A stretch of 63,984 nucleotides of DNA, the filler included, from Piptocephalis cylindrospora (Eukaryota): NCBI GenBank assembly GCA_003614145.1. It is 9 parts of 9 records of this genome, joined end to end, with 100 filler letters (N's around TTAATTAATTAA, not from the genome) between each part and the next. Parts side by side here need not be neighbours in the genome. Positions count along the whole stretch, not along the records: positions 1 to 7,264 come from KZ988218.1; positions 7,365 to 14,624 come from KZ988219.1; 7 more parts are not named here. The stretch is one strand, 5' to 3'. Made by a program: the position numbers and the translations under genes. The notes under the pieces were generated by a model, which was not told the DNA's origin, did not search any database, and saw only the letters and a program-made list of their open reading frames with translations. Shown piece after piece: positions 1 through 12,279 of the stretch (positions are counted from its first letter, which is position 1; each line of letters opens with the position of its first letter).

Positions 1-541
1 TACTGCGAGATGTATGCCAATGGAAGAGTAGCGAGCGCGCAATAATTACCTTCTGGGCCATCAGATACAGGATCATCTGATCGCATTTCTGAGATGATCT
101 TGTATGCGCATACTTGGTCAAGATAGAGAACATTACATGGGATGTCTCGTGTGCACTGGCATGACTACGCCCGCTCACCCTTGATTGAAGGGGGTTGCTC
201 TGGTTTGCTAGAAACGACAATCTGCGGACGGGCCCTACTCACACAGGCCACACTCAAAGGACAGGTAGGGAGTGCGTACTGGTCTTTTTTTCGTCCTTTT
301 CTAACAATAAAGTCCGCCTAAGCTCTCATGTCTCTGATCCCATACGACCTCCCCTGTCTTTCCTTAGCTCTCACTCATCCCCAGTATCTTCTTTGTCCCA
401 GCAGATTTCATTGCTCCTCCATGTCCCAGAAGACAAGCAAGTGGTCAAGCTAGTTTAGTTAACGAATATTCCTCCTCCCTGAATTGCCCGAACATTTGGA
501 ACCGCTTTTGCTCCTCCTTTTTCTTACTCCCTTTCCTCTCA

Positions 542-1702
542 ATGACCCCGAGCTCAACAGTACCCGAGGCGGTGATCTACAAGGATGATTCACTCCCGCC
601 CTCACCTGCTGCATCCTCCCCCATCCTGGGGCCAGAACAAACCAAGCCACCCTCGTCCCCTGTTTCTGGAGCCTCATCGGCTATACCGGGATGGAAGCAA
701 TATTTAAACCCCCAATTCGCGAAAACTCTTCTCTTGGGTCAAGCTTTGGCTTTCTGCATCACCGCCACCAACGTTACTTCAACAGCTTTGGCGAGTAATC
801 ATGGAGTTTCCATCCCTACTACCCAATCTTTCCTCAATTATGTCCTACTAGCTCTAGTATTTAATGGGGTTGGGCTTTACCGGGATGGTCTGACTGGATG
901 GGGTAGGAAACTACGAGCCCGGTGGTGGAAGTATGCCCTGCTGGCTCTGGTAGATGTGGAAGGGAACTATTTTGTTGTCAAATCCTTCTCCTACACCTCT
1001 CTCCTCTCCGCCATGCTTTTGGATTGCTGGGCCATCCCTGTCGTCGTCTTCCTCTCCATTATTACCTTACGCTTGCGTTATGCCTGGTCGCATTATCTTG
1101 GTTTGATTGTTTGCCTTGCCGGTGTCCTCCTCCTTCTCTTTTCCGACATTGGCTCCGGAGATGGCTCGGCTCCTGACCCCATCAAGGGTGATCTCTTCTG
1201 TCTGCTCGGGGCCACTCTTTACGGAATTAGTAATGTCCTGGAGGAGAAGCTGGTTCGACAGTATGCCATCACCGATGTCATTGGTGGATTGGGGATGTTC
1301 GGCATGGTCTTTAATGGCATTCAATTAGGGGCGTTGGAGCACGAGGAGCTTCGGAATGTGAAGTGGACACCGCCCGTCGTTGGTATGATCCTCGGCTTTG
1401 ACCTGGCTCTCTTCCTCTTCTATTCGCTTACACCGGTGCTCTTCCGTCTGGCAGGGGCTACCTTCTTCAACCTCTCCCTTCTCACCTCGGATATTTATGG
1501 ATTGCTCTTTGGCATGTTGATTTTTGGCGAAAAGTATAACCGGTGGTACCCTGCAGCCTATGTTGGAATTGTGGCCGGAGTGGTGATTTTTAATCTACGG
1601 CAACCTCGACAACGGGACCTACGATCCCAGCAGGACCGCTCCCAGCAACGGTTCCTTTCTCTTCCTATCAGGATGTCCAATTTCCCATGCCTTCGGCCCT
1701 GA
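542..1702 (+). CDS. SLC35F1/F2-like (DUF914) drug/metabolite-superfamily membrane transporter
   Basis: Single 386-aa ORF with ~10 hydrophobic segments and family-typical motifs: LLLGQ..FCITAT, IPTTQSFLNYVLL, DVEGNYFVVK..YTSLLSAMLLDCWAIP, GDLFCLLGATLYGISNVLEE, ATFFNLSLLTSDIYGL. Confidence 0.88.
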   Translation: MTPSSTVPEAVIYKDDSLPPSPAASSPILGPEQTKPPSSPVSGASSAIPGWKQYLNPQFAKTLLLGQALAFCITATNVTSTALASNHGVSIPTTQSFLNYVLLALVFNGVGLYRDGLTGWGRKLRARWWKYALLALVDVEGNYFVVKSFSYTSLLSAMLLDCWAIPVVVFLSIITLRLRYAWSHYLGLIVCLAGVLLLLFSDIGSGDGSAPDPIKGDLFCLLGATLYGISNVLEEKLVRQYAITDVIGGLGMFGMVFNGIQLGALEHEELRNVKWTPPVVGMILGFDLALFLFYSLTPVLFRLAGATFFNLSLLTSDIYGLLFGMLIFGEKYNRWYPAAYVGIVAGVVIFNLRQPRQRDLRSQQDRSQQRFLSLPIRMSNFPCLRP

Positions 1703-2265
1703 TGATTTCTTTTCAGGACACCTCTCAGATATTTGAATGGTGTTTTTCGATGACGTACGATCGTGCCTGATCCTATTTCGTTTATGTTTTCCTGAGAGAG
1801 AACTGGGATAATGATTATTTTGATTTTTAATAGAAACCCGATGGGATTGCATCCCCAAGACTTGCTCGCCTTGATATATGGAGGCCTCTCCAACCAGGGG
1901 AATGCTGTTTAGTGTAATGAGGATAGCATATCCTGCCTTGGAAAACCCCCCTAAATTCGTTGGTAAGGCTGTAGAATCTCCCTGATGAGTTTCATCGTCA
2001 TGATCTCGCATAAATAATAAAACAATTACAGCAGTAACATCAGACTCTCACGCGGACCCACGATTTCAAAGGGGAAAGGATACATGACGAGCAGCTCCGA
2101 CAGCGCGCTTGCCCTCGTCATCCTCCGGTGTGTACCACAATAAGGCCCCTAGTCTTGGCTAGTGGTGATGGATATGCATCCTCTCTCACCCTCTCCTTCT
2201 TCCGTCCCAAGTTTCCTATCTTTCTGCTATTCTTCTACATCCTTTCGTCGTCCCTATCGCTGATC

Positions 2266-3970
2266 ATGTCCCCTCCCAATTCTCGCAAGCCTGTTCCTAC
2301 GAGGTAAGCCGACAGGTCCGATACCACCTGGGCCTTCTCTGATCAGCGCCTTGCCTAGGCCTGACTACTATATTGTAGTCTACGTGATAAACGAGGAAAC
2401 AGCACGAGTTGACTTTTCCAGAGAATACTACTCTTGAATCCTATAATTTCCATAACACATCCTCCCTTCTACCTGCACTAGTGGTCGTCGTATTGCTACT
2501 CTTGGGGAGCTGAACCGTGAAGATGCCCCCAGAGAGGAAGGCCCTCCTGGACAGGACCCACAAACATTCTTTACCGGTGGCCAGAGAAGGTAATCTCTCT
2601 AGAATGATACGTACTCTGTGTTTTATTTTTCTTTTAAGGGGAAGGGTCGAGTGAGTTAAAGCTGATACATCCTGGTATTCTCCCGTAATTTACCTAGTGG
2701 GATGCTCGTCGAGGATCCGAATGACCAGAGGCCCGCCGGAGGGATGGGTGGTGGGGGTATTAATGCCCTCTTTGATGACCTTCGCCGCAGAGCCATGTCT
2801 CAACAGGAAGAAGGGTACGATGAGGATTTCGACGGGCCCGAGCAACCTGGTGATCACATGAATCTCCGCCCTTTTTCTGGTCGAGGTAAGAAATCAGATG
2901 GGGCAGGCTTCACAACTCTAGACACCCTTCTTGAATCATCTATCCTTTCCACATTAAATATCGATTAGGCCGGCGGATAACGGATGAAGCGGGCGGTAAC
3001 CAGGAGGAGATGGTGGAGGGGGGGGACGCTGTTGAGGCCGAGTCGTCCGGAAGGAGCCGTCGGGTCAATAGGCAAATGACCTTTTGGCAGGATGGTTTCT
3101 CCATTGATGATGGCCCTCTTTATCGGTATGATGATCCAGCTAACCAATCCTATCTCGAGATTATCAATCGCGGGTACGTTTAAGAAGGGTTTCTGAAGTG
3201 GTTTTACGAGAGAAGGTGCCTCTTGAAAAGGGCTTGTGCAAGATTAAACATTATCCTTCCCTCCTTTCCACTTTCAGGGAAGCCCCAATGGACCTACTGA
3301 ATGTCGAAAGGGGGCAGCCTGTTAGTCTGGGTATCGTTCGTCGGACCCATGAGGCATATCAGCCATCTTCAGGGTCAATTGGAGGCTACGGTGGTATGAG
3401 TGCTGTATTCGGCGGAGCTGGCCAGCGCCTCGGAGCGCCCACTCCTGCCGTCGCTATCTCCTCGTCCTCCACCGGAGTTTCTACATCTACCTCAGCCTCC
3501 CCAGCTTCCATGCAGGTGGATCCTGATGCTCCAGTAACGAGTATTCAAGTTCGCTTAGCTGATGGGACCAGGTGAGTCTATCAAGACAGAAATATCATGC
3601 CGTCGCTCCAAAAGTTTTCTTGGATAGCGAAGGTGAAAGTACTCATACATTTGGTCATCGCTTATAATCACCTTCTCCTCCCTCCTCTCTCAGAATGATC
3701 ATCAAGGCCAATCACACCCATACCGTTGGGGATATTCGACAGTTTATCTGCGCGTAAGTGTTGCCATGCTACAAGACATACCCTTGGCCTCTTTCCATCG
3801 CACAGCCGCCTCTCACATACCATCTTGCATGTAGATCTCGGCCCTCGGAGGAGGCTTCCGCATTCGCACTTCAATCCACCTTTCCCACTACGGTCCTTTC
3901 CGATGACTCTCAGACCCTGGCAGATGCCAAGCTACTCAATGCTGTCATTGTACAGAAGCGCCTGGCTTAG
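2266..3970 (+). CDS. SHP1: Cdc48/p97 cofactor Shp1/p47 family (SEP + SHP box + UBX), spliced
   Basis: Manual splicing: ATG 2266; exon from 2482 gives RIATLGEL...[19 protein letters not shown] domain [43 protein letters not shown] box [12 protein letters not shown] domain [12 protein letters not shown]...FALQSTFPT...[15 protein letters not shown]. Some exon edges approximate. Confidence 0.88.
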
Positions 3971-4242
3971 CCTGATGATGCACATCCGTTACTCAAGATG
4001 AGATGAGATTGTATGCCATTCCCAAGGGTACCATGGAATGGGATGTGAAGAGAAGAGGGGTAAGAGGATTTCCTTTGGAAGCTATATAGTTGGCCACTTC
4101 CCGTATCACTCACGGAAATACATTATGGGAGGACGAGAAGCATGATCAAATGGACAGGATGAGGGGATAGACAAGTTTGGGCATGATATTTCAAGAGATG
4201 AATGTGCGAGGAGATTGTAAACACCATATCAACCTTTCGTGC

Positions 4243-6352
4243 TCAGGGAGGATTGTCAAAGACAGGTTTGTAGTATACTGTCGTGACAAACTGGATTGTG
4301 GGAAGGTAAATGAAGTGAGTCACCAGCACACATTGAAATTCCCATCTTCTTCTTACACCTCACCTTGGCTTTATATCGAGCAGTCGTCCCAACGGCCACA
4401 ACACCATCCCGGACACTACAAGCGTAAAGGTGATGAATAATGGCATGGACCGGCTGGGGAAGCACACCCTCCTCCCCATCCACCACGTTGGACGGGGGGG
4501 CGGCGGCATTAAGAAGCGGGTTGGCCAGGTGCGGGGGAAGAACAGGGGGGCGGGAGGCAGCGGCCATGGGGGCTCCCCGCGCGGGGGCCTTGTAGAATGA
4601 CGCCTCTGGGACACACTGACCATATCCTGTTTCCTCATCTTCCTCCTCTTCCTCTGCCTCCTCCTCTACCTCCTTCTCTCCTTCCACTTCAGTACCACCC
4701 TTTTTTCCCTTTACTCTCTCTGCCCTACCCTTTGACCTACCGCCCTTCCCCCTGCCATTGGCATCTTGGAAATACAGGGTGTCTGAGGCCAGCTTTTCCG
4801 CATCTTGCTCAGATTTAAGCTCAGTCTCCGTAGAAGTTATCGCAGAAATGCTGGTGGGAGTTGGCTGGTTGTCTCTTTGACTCCTCTGCCCTTCCTTATC
4901 CTCAACCATCGCACCTGGGTGGCTCTTATCTGTCTGGGTGGGGCCCGTCAAACGCCTTTCTTCCTCATCCTTTGCAGATCCTTCCCCTTCTCTATCTACT
5001 TCCGATTTCTGTGAGCCTTTCCCGGTGTATCCCGAGAAAATAGGATGGGTCGCCTCTACCGTTACATAATTCACCAGCGCTCCATCCTCATCCAAGGCCA
5101 TGAGAAGATCAGGAGAGCATCTCCACTCATCATCCACTCGGAATTTCACACGATGAGTCCCTGGAGGGAGGTCAAGGACGCCTGCCCAGTCCGTAGGCTC
5201 CCCCGAATCTTCCACCTTCGTTCCCGTGCGAGGTGAAAGGGCCACAAGTGCATTCCACCCATCCACTGATGTACACACCGACACGTCGCTTCCCCCATGA
5301 CACCAGCTAATCGCAGTAGGGATGGGCTTAATGATCTTCGTCGGAGGGTCAGATAGGGTTTCCGACGGAGCGGCCATGGAAGTTTTCTTTTCCTTATTGC
5401 CTCCTGAAAAAGAAGGTAAATTGTCCTTAACACTGTTGGAAGCGCCTGGGGTACAAATAGAGGAAGAAGATAAGGGGACCAATGCATGGGGATGGTAGTG
5501 CAGTGGGGCAGTGTGGTTGGAAGGAGCCGATCTGGGCTGACTGGAGGAAAAGTCCGTGGACCCACTTCGAATGGCGTCATGCACATACCGTATCACGGAG
5601 GAGAGAGATGAGGTGGATGTGAAGGAAGATGCCGATGTAGGAGGAGATACCGAAGGGTTCATCCGAGAGTGAGGTGATGATGCCCCATACTCACTTCCTG
5701 GATTCAGCGGTGATCCAACAAAGGGAGAAGAGGGGCTAGCACCAGAAATGGGTCCAGAAGCAATCATAGCTGCCCCCCATTCGGCCCCCGAGGGCGGAGC
5801 CCGAGTACGAAGGGCAGATACCGATTGTAGATGATCCGGGGATCCACCTCGTCCAGTATGCGCCCCAGGAAATGGCGGTATACCGGGGCGGAGGGAAGGA
5901 TGAGGATGATGAGGTCGATGATGATCGTGCCTCCCACCAGGCATTCGCATATCTGCTGATCGATGACCTGTTGTACCATAGCCTCCCATGTCATCACCCC
6001 TGAGGGACGGACCGTACAGTCCTGCGTGGCCAGGATCTTCCAACTTTCCCTCCACTATACCTTCATCTTCCACGCTTTCTTCTTCGCTATCCGTACCACT
6101 ACCGGGAATAAGTCTGCTTCGTCGACGAAACCGGGGCGTTGCCAATGACCTGGACCGAGTAATCGCATGGTGAATGGCGATGCCTTGCCGACCAGAGGAG
6201 CCGTCAGTGTGATCTGGGAGCCCAGTTGCAGCAGAGGAGGTGTGCGGAGGTAAGGATGAGGGAGAATGGGAGGTGTGCCCAGGGGAATGGGGTGAGGCAC
6301 GTGAGGGCGGCGGTGTGTTGCTAGGGTTCGCCTGGGAGGAAGTGTTTCCCAT
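4243..6352 (-). CDS. SIP2: SNF1/AMPK beta subunit (Sip2/Gal83-like)
   Basis: N-myristoylation start MGNTSS at 6352; CBM48 glycogen-binding module (LDLPPGTHRVKFRVDDEWRCSPDL...GALVNYVTV); C-terminal ASC domain PPVLPPHL...LPQPVHAIIHHLYACSVRDGVVAVGTTARYKAK, intron 4291-4363, then FVTTVYYKPVFDNPP-stop at 4243. Confidence 0.9.
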
Positions 6353-7264
6353 GGAGGGTGTCAAAAAAGACTTGAAGAAAAGCCTCAAAAAAGGAGTAAA
6401 GGCAAGGGGGGGGGGAGAAACGAGAAGAAGGTGAAGTGAGAAACTAAAGTTGATCAGAAAGGGAAGAAGGAAAGTTGAAATGAAAGGACTGGTGGATAGA
6501 TGTTAGAGCCAAGACTGGTCTTATGCAAACAAGGGGAGGTGAAGTCAAGGGACACGCGCCTTTTCATGGCAGTGTGTGTGTGGTGTGGCCATCCTCCCCA
6601 CCCTAGCGTTTCGTATGTGATCCTAAGCGTGGTTCAGAAGCCTTGGATCATACAAATACAACGATGCCAGGGAGCGTGGGAGGATAATACATGGGCACCA
6701 AGCTTATTTCACCATTAAAATCCTATTCGTTTCGGGACTGCCGGCGTTAGACCGTTATTATTAGAGTAAGTTTTCGATCGTGCATGATTCCTTGACCAAC
6801 GCGGAGTCTTAGCAATACATTCACCCATTCTTATGCCTATGTGATATTCAGCGAAAAGGAAAGCCTGTTTCCATCCCCATTTTACAGGATTTCTTTATAA
6901 AGGACTAACTTGAGCTTCCTCGGCGGCATAAAACATCCCATTGTATCTGCTACAAGAATATAAATCTCGGAAACTTGTTGGGAAAAATCAAAACATGTTA
7001 GTAGTAGTAAAACCATTCTATTTTCCCTAGGTGGGGTAGACTTTAGGATTGTCCGAACACAGTACCTACCCACAGGCCAGCATGCGTGGTACCAAGGACT
7101 ACATGTTATCTTTTCCTAATAGGACTCATATGTTAGTATCAAAAAGGTCTAGAAACTTCTTCATGATTTTGCCGCATATTTAATGGACCTTCCGATCCCT
7201 CCTATCTTCTTCTCCAATTTTCTCCACTTTTTCACCTATTTCTCCATCGGCCCCCTTTCAAAGG

Positions 7265-7364
7265 NNNNNNNNNNNNNNNNNNNNNNNNNNNNNNNNNNNN
7301 NNNNNNNNTTAATTAATTAANNNNNNNNNNNNNNNNNNNNNNNNNNNNNNNNNNNNNNNNNNNN
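7265..7364. other. Synthetic contig-joining linker (N44-TTAATTAATTAA-N44)
   Basis: Identical 100-nt linker with six-frame stops, recurring 8 times in the window. Confidence 0.97.
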
Positions 7365-7626
7365 ACGGACTGGATGGGCCGTTGAGACTCCGCATGGTGC
7401 TGTGGGGAACTTATGTGGGGTTGAGGCCGGGAGCCACTACCTGGTCCATCCCATAAAATACCCCAGCAACCTCACTCTTCGTGGGAAAGGACGCGAGCAC
7501 GCGGTGTCGCCCTCTTTCTTCTCCATTCCCCCTTTGCTTCTCCTCTCCTCCCTTTTGTCCAAATCTTGGCTCATTCCACTCCATTTTCCAGCACAAGTTC
7601 TCAAACCCCCCCCCTTGCCTGTTTAT

Positions 7627-10255
7627 ATGACCTTGCAGCTTTTACTTCCTCGACGCCTTTGGTTATCCAAGGCACTACGTCCACCCTCATTGTCGAGGAC
7701 GAGACGTGTACCTTTGGTAGGTTAATCTTATGTGTCTATCTGATGATGCCGTATGTTCTGTCCCCTCCTTTCCTCTCCTAACCGGCCACCCACGTCCCTT
7801 TCCTCCAGACAAGCCCATTCTCCACCTTCCCACATATGCGTGAAGAGGCAGTAGGAAAGGAACAAAAGGATCCACCTATTCCCCTCCATCCTAAATGGGC
7901 CGAGATGGCCAAAAAAGAGCTCAAGGGCAAGGATCCAGAGGAAACTCTGACGTGGAGGACGTCAGAAGGCATCAACGTCAAACCCGTCTACTCCCAACAG
8001 GACACGGGAGCAGGATCCCCCCCAGAGGGGGATGATATTCCGGGGCAATTCCCTTTCACTCGTGGTCCCTACGCCTCCATGTACACCTTCCGTCCTTGGA
8101 CGGTTCGACAGTATGCTGGTTTCAGTACAGTCGAGGAAAGTAACCGGTTCTACCGGAAGAATTTGGCCGCTGGTCAACAGGGCCTCAGTGTGGCTTTTGA
8201 CCTTGCCACCCACCGCGGGTATGACTCAGATCATCCTCGTGTTCGGGGAGATGTGGGTATGGCTGGTGTAGCGATTGACAGTGTGGAGGATATGAAGATT
8301 CTCTTTGATGGCATTCCCCTTGACCGCATGTCCGTCTCCATGACCATGAATGGTGCTGTACTCCCCATCCTGGCTATGTTCATCGTCACCGGGGAGGAGC
8401 AAGGGCATCCGGCCTCCTCCCTCTCTGGGACCATTCAAAACGATATTCTCAAAGAGTTTATGGTCCGTAACACCTTTATCTATCCTCCGGAGCCCTCAAT
8501 GCGAGCCATTGGTGATATCTTCGCCCATGTCTCCAAGACCATGCCCAAGTACAACTCCATCTCCATCTCCGGCTACCACATTCAAGAGGCTGGGGCCGAT
8601 AATGTACTTGAGTTGGCTTTCACCGTCGCCGATGGTCTCGAGTACATTCGTACCGGAATTAGTGCGGGCATGACCGTGGATCAATTCGCCCCCCGTCTCA
8701 GCTTCTTTTGGGGGATCGGCATGAATTTTTACATGGAAATCGCTAAAATGCGCGCCGGTCGTCGTCTTTGGGCCCACCTGGTTCAGGAACGCTTCAATCC
8801 CAAAAACCCCAAGAGTCTTCTTCTCCGTACCCATTGCCAGACCTCAGGGTGGTCTTTAACCGAGCAAGACCCATACAACAATATTATCCGTACCACCGTC
8901 GAGGCCATGGCCGCTACCCTTGGTGGCACCCAGTCCCTCCATACCAATGCTTTTGACGAAGCCATTGGTCTCCCCACCGAATTTTCCGCCCGTATCGCCC
9001 GGAATACTCAATTGATCCTGCAGGAGGAAGCCATGATTCCACGGGTAGGTTTTCCTTAAGGCAGCGTCGTTTTGTTCTCAATCTCATCTTTCTCTCTCTC
9101 TCTCTCTCTCTTCCTTACTTCCCAATCCGTAGGTTGCCGATCCTTGGGGAGGAAGCTACATGATGGAGTCGTTGACGGATGAGATCTACAAGTCAGCCAG
9201 GGAGATTGTCGAAGAAGTCGAGAGCATGGGAGGGATGGCAAAGGCTGTGGCCAGTGGTATGCCCAAGTTAAGGATTGAGGAGAGTGCTGCGAGGAGACAA
9301 GCTCGTATTGACTCTGGGAAAGGTGAGTGCATCTTGACCCATGGGTAAAGGACGAGGAAGATGAAACGGTAACTCATATTATTCTATCCTATAGAAACTA
9401 TTGTGGGAGTCAATAAGTATCGACTGGAAAAGGAAGAGGACATTGATGTCCTAGCCATTGACAACACCAAGGTCAGAGAATCCCAAGAAGCGAGAATTCG
9501 TAAAGTTAAAGAAGCAAGGGATACGGCAAAAGCTGAGGCCTGTCTTGCTGCACTGACCGAATCGGCCAAGACGGGTAAGGGGAATCTTCTGGAGTTGTCT
9601 GTGGAGGCTTCTAGGGCCAGATGCACTGTAGGGGAGATTACCGAGGCGCTGGCCATTGTCTGGGGCCGGCATGAGCCTGAGACTCGAGTGATCAGTGGGG
9701 CCTACAGGAGCGAGTATGGAGAGGATAAGGAGGTGGAGGAGACTCTCCGGGTCGTTGATGTAAGTGCATAGTTTGGGGATTGGGTGGTGATGGGAGCGTA
9801 GCCCGCTCACTCACCCGCATGGCTCCTCTACCCAGGAATTTGCTGAGAAGGAGGGGCGTCGGCCCCGTATCCTCGTGGCCAAGATGGGTCAGGATGGACA
9901 TGATCGCGGGGCAAAGGTGATTGCCAGTGGGTTTGCAGATCTTGGATTTGATGTAGATGTCGGCCCCCTTTTCCAGACCCCGGCCGAGGTGGCTAGACAG
10001 GCAGTGGATGCAGATGTCCATGTTGTCGGTGTGTCATCCCAGGCCGCTGGACATAAGACCTTGGTACCTGAGTTGATCAAGGAGCTCAAGGCCCTTGGAG
10101 CCGGGGATAAGCTCGTGGTGTGTGGAGGGGTCATCCCCGCGATCGATTACCCCTTCCTACGTGATGCGGGTGTGGCTTGTATTTTTGGCCCCGGCACACG
10201 TATTCCCTTGGCGGCTCGGGAGGTGGTAGGCAAGATTCCACCCCAGGATGCTTGA
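7627..10255 (+). CDS. MMUT: Mitochondrial adenosylcobalamin-dependent methylmalonyl-CoA mutase, 5 exons (approx. 7627-7716, 7809-9044, 9133-9322, 9394-9759, 9836-10255)
   Basis: Arg-rich presequence [109 protein letters not shown]-terminal B12-binding domain with DxHxxG (QDGHDRG), SSQAAGH and GGVIP. Confidence 0.97.
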
Positions 10256-10992
10256 TTTCTATGATGAACTGTCTTTCATGACCATTGATTGTCCCTTTAT
10301 CATGGTCCATTACCTCCATTGACATAGAGAGCTTCTACAAATTTGAAAATATCTTTTTGTAAAAAATGACGCAGACCAATCCAGGTGAAACCACCTGACT
10401 TGGACCTATTATTGAAAGGACAAGAGATATGATTGGCCAGCCTTTCTGTTACTGTTACTAGGGATGTGAGGATGTGTGTTGGGGGAGGGAAGAGTGAGAA
10501 AGATGTACACAGCACAATGGACAGAGGCTAGAGAGAGGGTGGGGTGGACTGGTTGGTATAAGGGGACAGGACCTGATAAGCTTGATCCTTGCCTGATGAA
10601 CTTCCGTTCATTCTTCCCTGACACTCTCGTCATCCTTCCCTTCCCTTCCCTTCCCACATAAATCCTAATCCCATCCTTCTCCCTACCTCTTTTTGAGAGT
10701 GTGTACGTGAGAGAGCCTCCTTCTTCCCAGTTCACTCCTTCCCGGTCCGGTCCTGTCCTGCCCTGTCCTGCGCCTGACCTTTTTGTCCTTTCACTGGACT
10801 GATTGGTCTTTTGAGATCTCGAGCAAAGCCTCCTCCCATACGACCCCTTTTTTCATCCTTTAGGATCACATCTCCTTCCCCTAACCAGACCCAGGGCAGC
10901 GGGATCACGACTGAAAGTTCCTTCCGGATCATTCCTCCCTATCAAGGAAGACGTCCTCCCATTCCTCTTCTCCCCACTCCATATCCAAAATC

Positions 10993-12051
10993 ATGTCTTT
11001 GCTTGAAAAGCACCGTCAATTTAAAAAGCAGCTTGCAAAGCAGCCAATCTATGAAAGGGCCATGGTGGTCCCCGAGACCCCGGGCCCTCGATCCCCAGTG
11101 CATGGGGGATCGGGATTGACTATAGCGGGAGAGAGGGCACCTGTCTCCACTCCTAGGCCACTTTCTGCTTCTGGTATGTATTGGATCTACCTTTTTTTCC
11201 TGATATGAAGGGTGTGCTCACCACCTCTCTCCTTTCCTCATCGGAATGTATATGCAGAGATATCGAGGAAGTACGAGTTGAACCGGGCACTCCTCAATAT
11301 CACTCGATTCCTCCGAACTACCCCAGAGCCTCAGAGCATTGATCAAATTGCTCAGCATTTAGGGTTAGATATGAAGATGGATGAGGAGCTGTTTAAAAAG
11401 GTCTCCTCCAACACCAAAATCATCTTTGATCCGGAGAACGTCACTTTTACCTACAAGGTAGGATTCGAAAAAGTCTTTGCTATTTTCAAATGACTGATAT
11501 CATTTTCTTCCTTAGCCGGAGCATGATGTCAAGTCCAAGCAGGATCTCTTGGACTTGCTTCAACGACGTCGTCTTGAGGGCGGAGGTATGCTCGTGGAGG
11601 ACTTTAAGGATTCCTATCTCAATATCAAGGAAGCCATGGCAGTAAGTCATGAAGGAGTTGGGAGAGGAGGAGCTTCAAGGGAAGACCATTCTTATCTTTC
11701 CCTTTACTTCTCTGTCTTTAGGAATTGGAAAAAGAAGGAAAGATCCTCATTGTACGGAAAAAGGATGGGTATCCCAGGATGCTCTTTTACAACGACACGG
11801 TCTACAATACTCCCATGGATGAACAATTCAAGGAGCTATGGAACCGGTATAAGATGCCCATGGAGACAGAGATCGTAGCGGAACTGGAGGCTGCAGGACA
11901 CAGAACGGTTCGGGTACGAGATTCGGGACCGCGGAAGAATGAGGCTCAAATGAAACGGGGCTTGACCCGGGCCAGGAAGGTCAAATTGACCAATACACAT
12001 CTCTCGGGCATCGTGGATCTGAGCAAGGATTACGCTCCTCCTGGGAAATGA
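10993..12051 (+). CDS. TFA2: General transcription factor TFIIE beta subunit, spliced (4 exons)
   Basis: Joined exons give ...NTKIIFDPENVTFTYK|PEHDVKSKQDLLDLLQ...GGMLVEDFKDSY...|ELEKEGKILIVRKKDGYPRMLFYND...DEQFKELW...KVKLTNTHL, the winged-helix and C-terminal motifs of Tfa2. Confidence 0.88.
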
Positions 12052-12279
12052 TACGCGCATATCTTGGGAAGGGTGATATGGGATGGAAAAGGGAGAGGAT
12101 GAGGAGAATGTCTTTTCCTCCTGTCCCCTTGTTGTTCAATGCACTTTAGTCTCTCTCTTTCTCTCGTGTTTCCCGTGGATACTTTAGATGAACTTGTATG
12201 AGAAAAAGAGTATTCTAGTAGTATTCATGATCCAGTTCTCATTTTTCCCTCCTCCCTTTACTCCTCATACACAATACCG

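Noticed and set aside
7309..7320. TTAATTAATTAA repeated at near-regular ~7.2-kb spacing (could look like a repeat array or piggyBac TTAA target sites)
   Set aside because: Always centred in N44 padding; an artificial six-frame-stop linker. Regular spacing reflects size-sorted contigs.
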